NCBI GenBank assembly: GCA_034670305.1 | Contig: JAXMNT010000028.1 | Coordinates: forward strand, 1 to 64,000 | Length of the DNA stretch: 64,000 bases | Direction of reading: 5' to 3' | Origin: Deltaproteobacteria bacterium | GTDB taxonomy: Bacteria > Myxococcota_A > Polyangia > Polyangiales > Houyiibacteriaceae | Shown here: positions 59,540 to 64,000 of the stretch, one piece after another | Position numbering within the stretch: the stretch's first letter is position 1 | Layout: every line of letters starts with the position of its first letter | The notes under the pieces: model-generated | Database searches by the model: none | Told to the model about the DNA's origin: nothing | What the model saw: the letters and a program-made list of their open reading frames with translations, nothing else | Program-made: the position numbers and the translations under genes

Positions 59540-61969
59540 ATCGATCTTCGCGTCCAGATCTCCCTCATCGCCGCCATCGTCTCGCTCGCGCTCGCGGGCA
59601 GCGTGCTGCTGCGTTCCGGCAAGCGGCGCGATCACTGGCCCTTCGCGCTCTTGGCGCTGAACGCGGGGCTCTGGTACCTCACCACGTTCTTCACGAAGTT
59701 GCTGCCGCACCCGTTCTTCACGCGGCTCAACCTCGCGTTCGGTGTGCTCTTGCCGCTCGCCGCGGTGCAGTTCTTCCGTGCCTTCATCGCGGACGAGAAC
59801 CGGTTGATGCAGCAGATCAACCGCGCGGCGTTGTTCATCGCGGCGCTGATCATCGCGACGACCGCCACCCCCTTCTACCAACACATCGTCGTGCGCACCG
59901 CGGTGCTCGCGTACGTGATCGTGTTCCTCGTCGCGCCGCTCGCGATGCTCTTCGTGCGTTCGCGCCAAGCGACCTCGCGGTTCGAAGGCGGGCGGCTCGC
60001 GTTCCTCACCGCGGTCGGCGGCCTGGCCGCGTTCTTCACCCTGATCGAATACCTGCCCTACCTCGGCGTCGAGATCCCGCCGGTGGGCACCGTGCTGGTG
60101 CTGGTCTTCCTCTACATGCTCTACCAGTCGGTGCTGCAGTACCGGCTGATCGATCTGTACGAGCTGGCCGGGCGGCTCGGTGTCTTGACCGCGCTCTCGT
60201 TCACGCTCGCCGCCATCCTGTGGTTGCTCGTGCACTTCGGGGGTCAGCGGTACTTCCTGCATGCCGTCGTCGCGTCCCTCGCGGTGCTGGTCCTGGTCGA
60301 TCCGGTGCGCTCGCGGGTGCGAGAGAAGATCGGCCAGGTGCTGTTTCGGGACCGCTTCGACCTCGAGGGCCACGTGCTCGCGCTCCGTCGCACGGTCGCG
60401 CACGTGCTCGAGAGCAACGATCTCTCCATCGTCTTGATGAACGGACTCGAACAGTCCCGCCGCGTCACGCACGCGAGCCTGTACCTTCTTCGCGAAGGCC
60501 GCCGGCACTACGATCTGGTCGGACATCTGGGTCCCGAACCGGTCCCGCGGCTCGAGATGGCGCCGGCGGGTCCACTGCTCGAACGGCTGAAGCGCGACGG
60601 ATTCGTCATCCTCGAGAACGTCGAACGCGCCCTCTCGGAGCAGCGCCACATCGGCGAGGATCGCGAAGCCGAGACGCTCTACGAGATCGCCCAGACCATG
60701 CGCGCGATGCACTCCTCGGTGTGCTTGCCGGTCGAGTCGCAAGAAGGGGATCTCTACGGGATCCTCTCGGTGCGCGACGAGCGGCTGCTCGACGCGTTCA
60801 GCCCCGAAGAAGTGCAGCTCCTCGCCGGGCTCGCCGCGCAGGCCGCCATCGCGCTCGAGAACTCCCGCCAGTACCAGCAACTCAAGGAGCGCGACCGCCT
60901 CGCGGCGATGGGTGAGATGGCGGCGGGTCTCGCGCACGAGATCCGCAACCCGCTCGGCGCCATCAAAGCCAGCGCGCAGTTCCTCACCGAGACCGGGCTC
61001 AGCACGCCCGGAGACGAGGACCCGGACGAGTTCCTCGACATCATCGTCGAGGAAGTCGACCGGTTGAATCGGGTGGTCTCGACCTTCCTGGACTACGCCA
61101 AACCGAGCAAGGGCGACCCACGGCCGACCGATGTGAACCTGGCCCTGGATCGAACGGCGCACTTCATCCGGCCGGAGTGTCAGGCGGTCGGGACCGAGTT
61201 GACCGTCGAGCTCGACCCCGAGCTGCCGCTCGTGCGCATCGACCTCGAGCAGTTTCGTCAGGTCTTGCTCAACCTCACGCAGAACGCGCTTCAAGCCATG
61301 GCCGGCGGCGGCTCCCTGCGGCTCGAGACCGCGCGTGTGATGCGGGCCGGCGAGGCGTGGGCGGAGATCGCGGTGCGCGACACCGGTCCTGGCATCACCG
61401 ACGACGTGCTCCCGAAACTCTTCGTTCCGTTCGTCACGACGAAGGAGCGCGGCACAGGTCTCGGGCTCGCGCTCTCCCAGCGCATCATCGCGGCGGCCGG
61501 GGGGCGCATCCTGGTTCGGACCCGGATTGGCGAAGGCACGACCTTCCTGGTGCGCCTGCCCGGCAGCGTGGAGCGCACGTCCCGGGTGGAGCTCCCCGAA
61601 ACGGTGGAGCCCGAGGAAGCCGAAGCCGCGGACGTGGAACGCTCGGGCCGCCGAGAACCGGTGGAGACGACGCCGGACACCGCGGGCCCAGAATCACCGC
61701 ACCCAGAATCACCGGACCCAGAATCACCGCACCCAGAATCACCGCACCCAGAATCACCGCACCCAGAATCACCGCACCCAGAATCACCGCACCCAGAATC
61801 ACCGGACCCAGAATCACCGCACCCAGAATCACCGCACCCAGAATCACCGGACGCCGAGGCCGAGGTTCAGAGCAGGTCGTCGACCACGTCCAGCACCGCG
61901 TCGGGCCCCAAACCATCGGTGGAGAAGGGCGCGGGAGAACGCCCAACCGACGCGGTCACGAGCCGGTAG
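59540..61969 (+). CDS. Membrane sensor histidine kinase (multi-TM + GAF + HisKA + HATPase)
   Basis: About 9 TM helices, GAF …AAIALEN, AHEIRNPL, NLTQNA, DTGPG, GTGLGL; N-terminal TM begins at ATC 59540 (first canonical start 59603). Confidence 0.93.
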   Translation: MDLRVQISLIAAIVSLALAGSVLLRSGKRRDHWPFALLALNAGLWYLTTFFTKLLPHPFFTRLNLAFGVLLPLAAVQFFRAFIADENRLMQQINRAALFIAALIIATTATPFYQHIVVRTAVLAYVIVFLVAPLAMLFVRSRQATSRFEGGRLAFLTAVGGLAAFFTLIEYLPYLGVEIPPVGTVLVLVFLYMLYQSVLQYRLIDLYELAGRLGVLTALSFTLAAILWLLVHFGGQRYFLHAVVASLAVLVLVDPVRSRVREKIGQVLFRDRFDLEGHVLALRRTVAHVLESNDLSIVLMNGLEQSRRVTHASLYLLREGRRHYDLVGHLGPEPVPRLEMAPAGPLLERLKRDGFVILENVERALSEQRHIGEDREAETLYEIAQTMRAMHSSVCLPVESQEGDLYGILSVRDERLLDAFSPEEVQLLAGLAAQAAIALENSRQYQQLKERDRLAAMGEMAAGLAHEIRNPLGAIKASAQFLTETGLSTPGDEDPDEFLDIIVEEVDRLNRVVSTFLDYAKPSKGDPRPTDVNLALDRTAHFIRPECQAVGTELTVELDPELPLVRIDLEQFRQVLLNLTQNALQAMAGGGSLRLETARVMRAGEAWAEIAVRDTGPGITDDVLPKLFVPFVTTKERGTGLGLALSQRIIAAAGGRILVRTRIGEGTTFLVRLPGSVERTSRVELPETVEPEEAEAADVERSGRREPVETTPDTAGPESPHPESPDPESPHPESPHPESPHPESPHPESPHPESPDPESPHPESPHPESPDAEAEVQSRSSTTSSTASGPKPSVEKGAGERPTDAVTSR
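61687..61852 (+). repeat. 15-bp VNTR (CCCAGAATCACCGSA)x11 encoding (PESPH/D)n
   Basis: Directly visible near-perfect tandem units. Confidence 0.95.
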
Positions 61970-62916
61970 AACCGAAGGTCCGCGCGACGAAGGCTGTCTT
62001 CGGGGAGCGCGTTGTCCTGAAACAACTTCTCATAGGCCCGCACCGCAGATCCTTCGCCTGCCACCCGCGTGGCGTCCGGCAGTTGATAACGCCAAGCGCC
62101 GGGCGACTCGTACGCGACCCCGTGGTCCTCGTAGAACGCGCGTTCGACGAACGCAGGCGCCGTGACCCCGAGGGTTCCGTCTTCCTCGAGCAGCGTGACT
62201 TCGACGTCGAGGTGCGGAAGTCGTCCGTCGAGCGGGCCGCCGAGTGCCTGCTCCCGCTCTTCCCACCGCTGGCGCGCGACCACGGCGGCCGTCACCAAGG
62301 CCCGGCCCACCGAGCTCCCGCGGGCGCTTCGCCAGAGCCTGGCTCGGCCGCGGTCTCGGAGCAGCACCATCACCTCCACGCTTCGAATCCGGCGGAGAGG
62401 CTCTGGAAAACGGCTGACCCGCGGCGGGTCGTTTCCCTCGAGGATGGTGCGGGCCACCTGCGGCAACATGACCGAGGCCTCTTCGCCGAGGTCCGCCGAG
62501 ATGGCCGGTTCGTAGAGCCCGAAGGTCGGCGTCAGGTAGATGCCGCGCAGCCCGTCCACGTGCCGGTACTGCACCAGGGCCTCACGCAGGGTGGCGGGTG
62601 TCTCCTCGGTCCGTCGGCCCGCCGCGACCAGGAGGGCGTCCAAGCCAGCGTCGGACATCGCCTCCCGGAGCGCGATGGGATCGTCGGCGTCCAATGCTTT
62701 GAGCATGGCTTCCGAATCGACCGGGCGCAGCGTCGTCTCGGGCAGTTCGAGTTCGAAGAGGTCCGGGGGCGTTTCGCCGAGCACGCCAATCACTCCGCGC
62801 CGCTCGAGCTGGGTGAGCAGCCCGCGGTCGATGTCCGGCCCAGACGTGAGGAGCACGAAGGCCGCCACGGTGGCGCCAAGCACCACGACGGCTGTCGCGG
62901 TCAGACCGCGGGACAA
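61867..62916 (-). CDS. Membrane-anchored protein with AMMECR1-like C-terminal domain
   Basis: N-terminal TM; ARTIL…LDVEVTLL…HGV…LP pattern; 3' end overlaps the kinase gene by about 100 bp. Confidence 0.55.
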   Translation of the reverse strand: MSRGLTATAVVVLGATVAAFVLLTSGPDIDRGLLTQLERRGVIGVLGETPPDLFELELPETTLRPVDSEAMLKALDADDPIALREAMSDAGLDALLVAAGRRTEETPATLREALVQYRHVDGLRGIYLTPTFGLYEPAISADLGEEASVMLPQVARTILEGNDPPRVSRFPEPLRRIRSVEVMVLLRDRGRARLWRSARGSSVGRALVTAAVVARQRWEEREQALGGPLDGRLPHLDVEVTLLEEDGTLGVTAPAFVERAFYEDHGVAYESPGAWRYQLPDATRVAGEGSAVRAYEKLFQDNALPEDSLRRADLRFYRLVTASVGRSPAPFSTDGLGPDAVLDVVDDLL

Positions 62917-63010
62917 CGACGCGCCCCCCGACTGCCAGCGTTGCCCGCCCCGACTCGCGCTGGACCACAGGCGTGGGCACCGGCAGAGGCGGGGGCAAAC
63001 AACAGCATGC

Positions 63011-64000
63011 CTACTTCAGAACTTGGGACAGCGGGGTGTATTCCACCCCCACTCCGTCCGCGACCGCCTGGTAGGTGCACGCGCCATCCCAGCAGTTGAC
63101 GCCGAGCGCCAGACCGGGGTCGTCCTTCACGCACTTCTCGACGCCGAGCGACGCCATGCGTTCGGCGTACTTGAGGGTGACGTTCGTGAGCGCGAACGTG
63201 CTCGTCTGCGCAACCGCGCCCGGCATGTTCGGCACGCAGTAGTGCACCACGCCCTCGACCACGTAGGTCGGGTTGTCGTGGCTGGTGGGGCGACAGGTCT
63301 CGATGCAGCCGCCCTGGTCCACCGCGACGTCGACGACGGCCGAGCCGTCTTCCATCGTCTTGAGGGCTTCTTCGGTCACGAGGCGCGGCGCGCGCGCGCC
63401 GGTGACCAGCACCGCCCCGATGAGCAGGTCCGCCCACTCCACCGCGTAGGCGACGTTCTTCGGATCCGAGTACAGGGTCTCGATCGCGCCCTGGAAGACG
63501 TCCTCGAGGTAGCCCATGCGGGTCGCGTCGATGTCGAGCACGGTCACATGCGCGCCCATGCCCACCGCGATGCGCGCGGCGTTGGAGCCCACGATGCCAC
63601 CGCCGAGAATGGCGACGCGGCCACGACGGGTGCCCGGCACGCCGCCGAGCAACAGGCCCTTGCCGCCGTGTTCCTTCTCGAGGCACCACGCGCCCACCTG
63701 AACGGCCATGCGGCCAGCCACTTCACTCATCGGCCGCAAGAGCGGAAGCGATCCACCCGGTCCTTCGATCGTCTCGTACGCGATCGCGCGCACCTTCTTC
63801 GCCATGAGCTGCTTGGTGAGCTCCTCGAGGGGCGCGAGGTGCAAGTAGGTGAAGAGCGTCAGGCCTTCGCGGAAGTACTGGAACTCCGCTTCGAGCGGCT
63901 CTTTGACCTTGATGACCATCTCCGCGCCCCAGGCGTCGGCAGCGGTCGGAACGATCGTGGCCCCCGCGAGGGCGAGTTCTTCGTCCGAGAAGCCGGAGCC
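63011..64000 (-). CDS. ald: Alanine dehydrogenase (5'-truncated by the window edge)
   Basis: [44 protein letters not shown]. Confidence 0.97.
   Translation of the reverse strand, partial: GSGFSDEELALAGATIVPTAADAWGAEMVIKVKEPLEAEFQYFREGLTLFTYLHLAPLEELTKQLMAKKVRAIAYETIEGPGGSLPLLRPMSEVAGRMAVQVGAWCLEKEHGGKGLLLGGVPGTRRGRVAILGGGIVGSNAARIAVGMGAHVTVLDIDATRMGYLEDVFQGAIETLYSDPKNVAYAVEWADLLIGAVLVTGARAPRLVTEEALKTMEDGSAVVDVAVDQGGCIETCRPTSHDNPTYVVEGVVHYCVPNMPGAVAQTSTFALTNVTLKYAERMASLGVEKCVKDDPGLALGVNCWDGACTYQAVADGVGVEYTPLSQVLK

Overview
GC-rich (roughly 70% by eye) bacterial window whose gene content suggests a myxobacterium (inference): Ser/Thr kinase-PEGA proteins, sigma54 enhancer-binding proteins and Cys-rich lipoproteins. 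Recognisable housekeeping genes are murC, ftsQ, mtnA, gatCAB, a FabH-like synthase and a partial ald. The most striking locus is a translationally coupled operon of three ClpA/B-type double-AAA+ ATPases (33141-42243). They have non-canonical N-termini and degenerate D1 and pore-loop motifs. Two of the three end in a region that aligns by eye with class-I peptide release factors (RF1/RF2 domains 1, 2 and 4) but lacks the GGQ domain. This suggests a hetero-oligomeric, ribosome-directed unfoldase system. A second unexplained signal is a dispersed family of composite GCC-NNN hexamer repeat tracts. These sit in intergenic spaces, lie in frame inside genes (including gatC), and bracket a lone four-helix-bundle (IVS/Avd-like) gene. 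Other observations: many genes carry a TANNNT box 5-7 nt before the start codon (probable leaderless mRNAs), two conserved genes lack canonical start codons, clear LiuR-like and FadR-like operators are present, and one gene is frameshifted. No rRNA, tRNA, CRISPR array, transposase or reverse transcriptase was recognised. All family assignments are by visual motif recognition; no searches were run.
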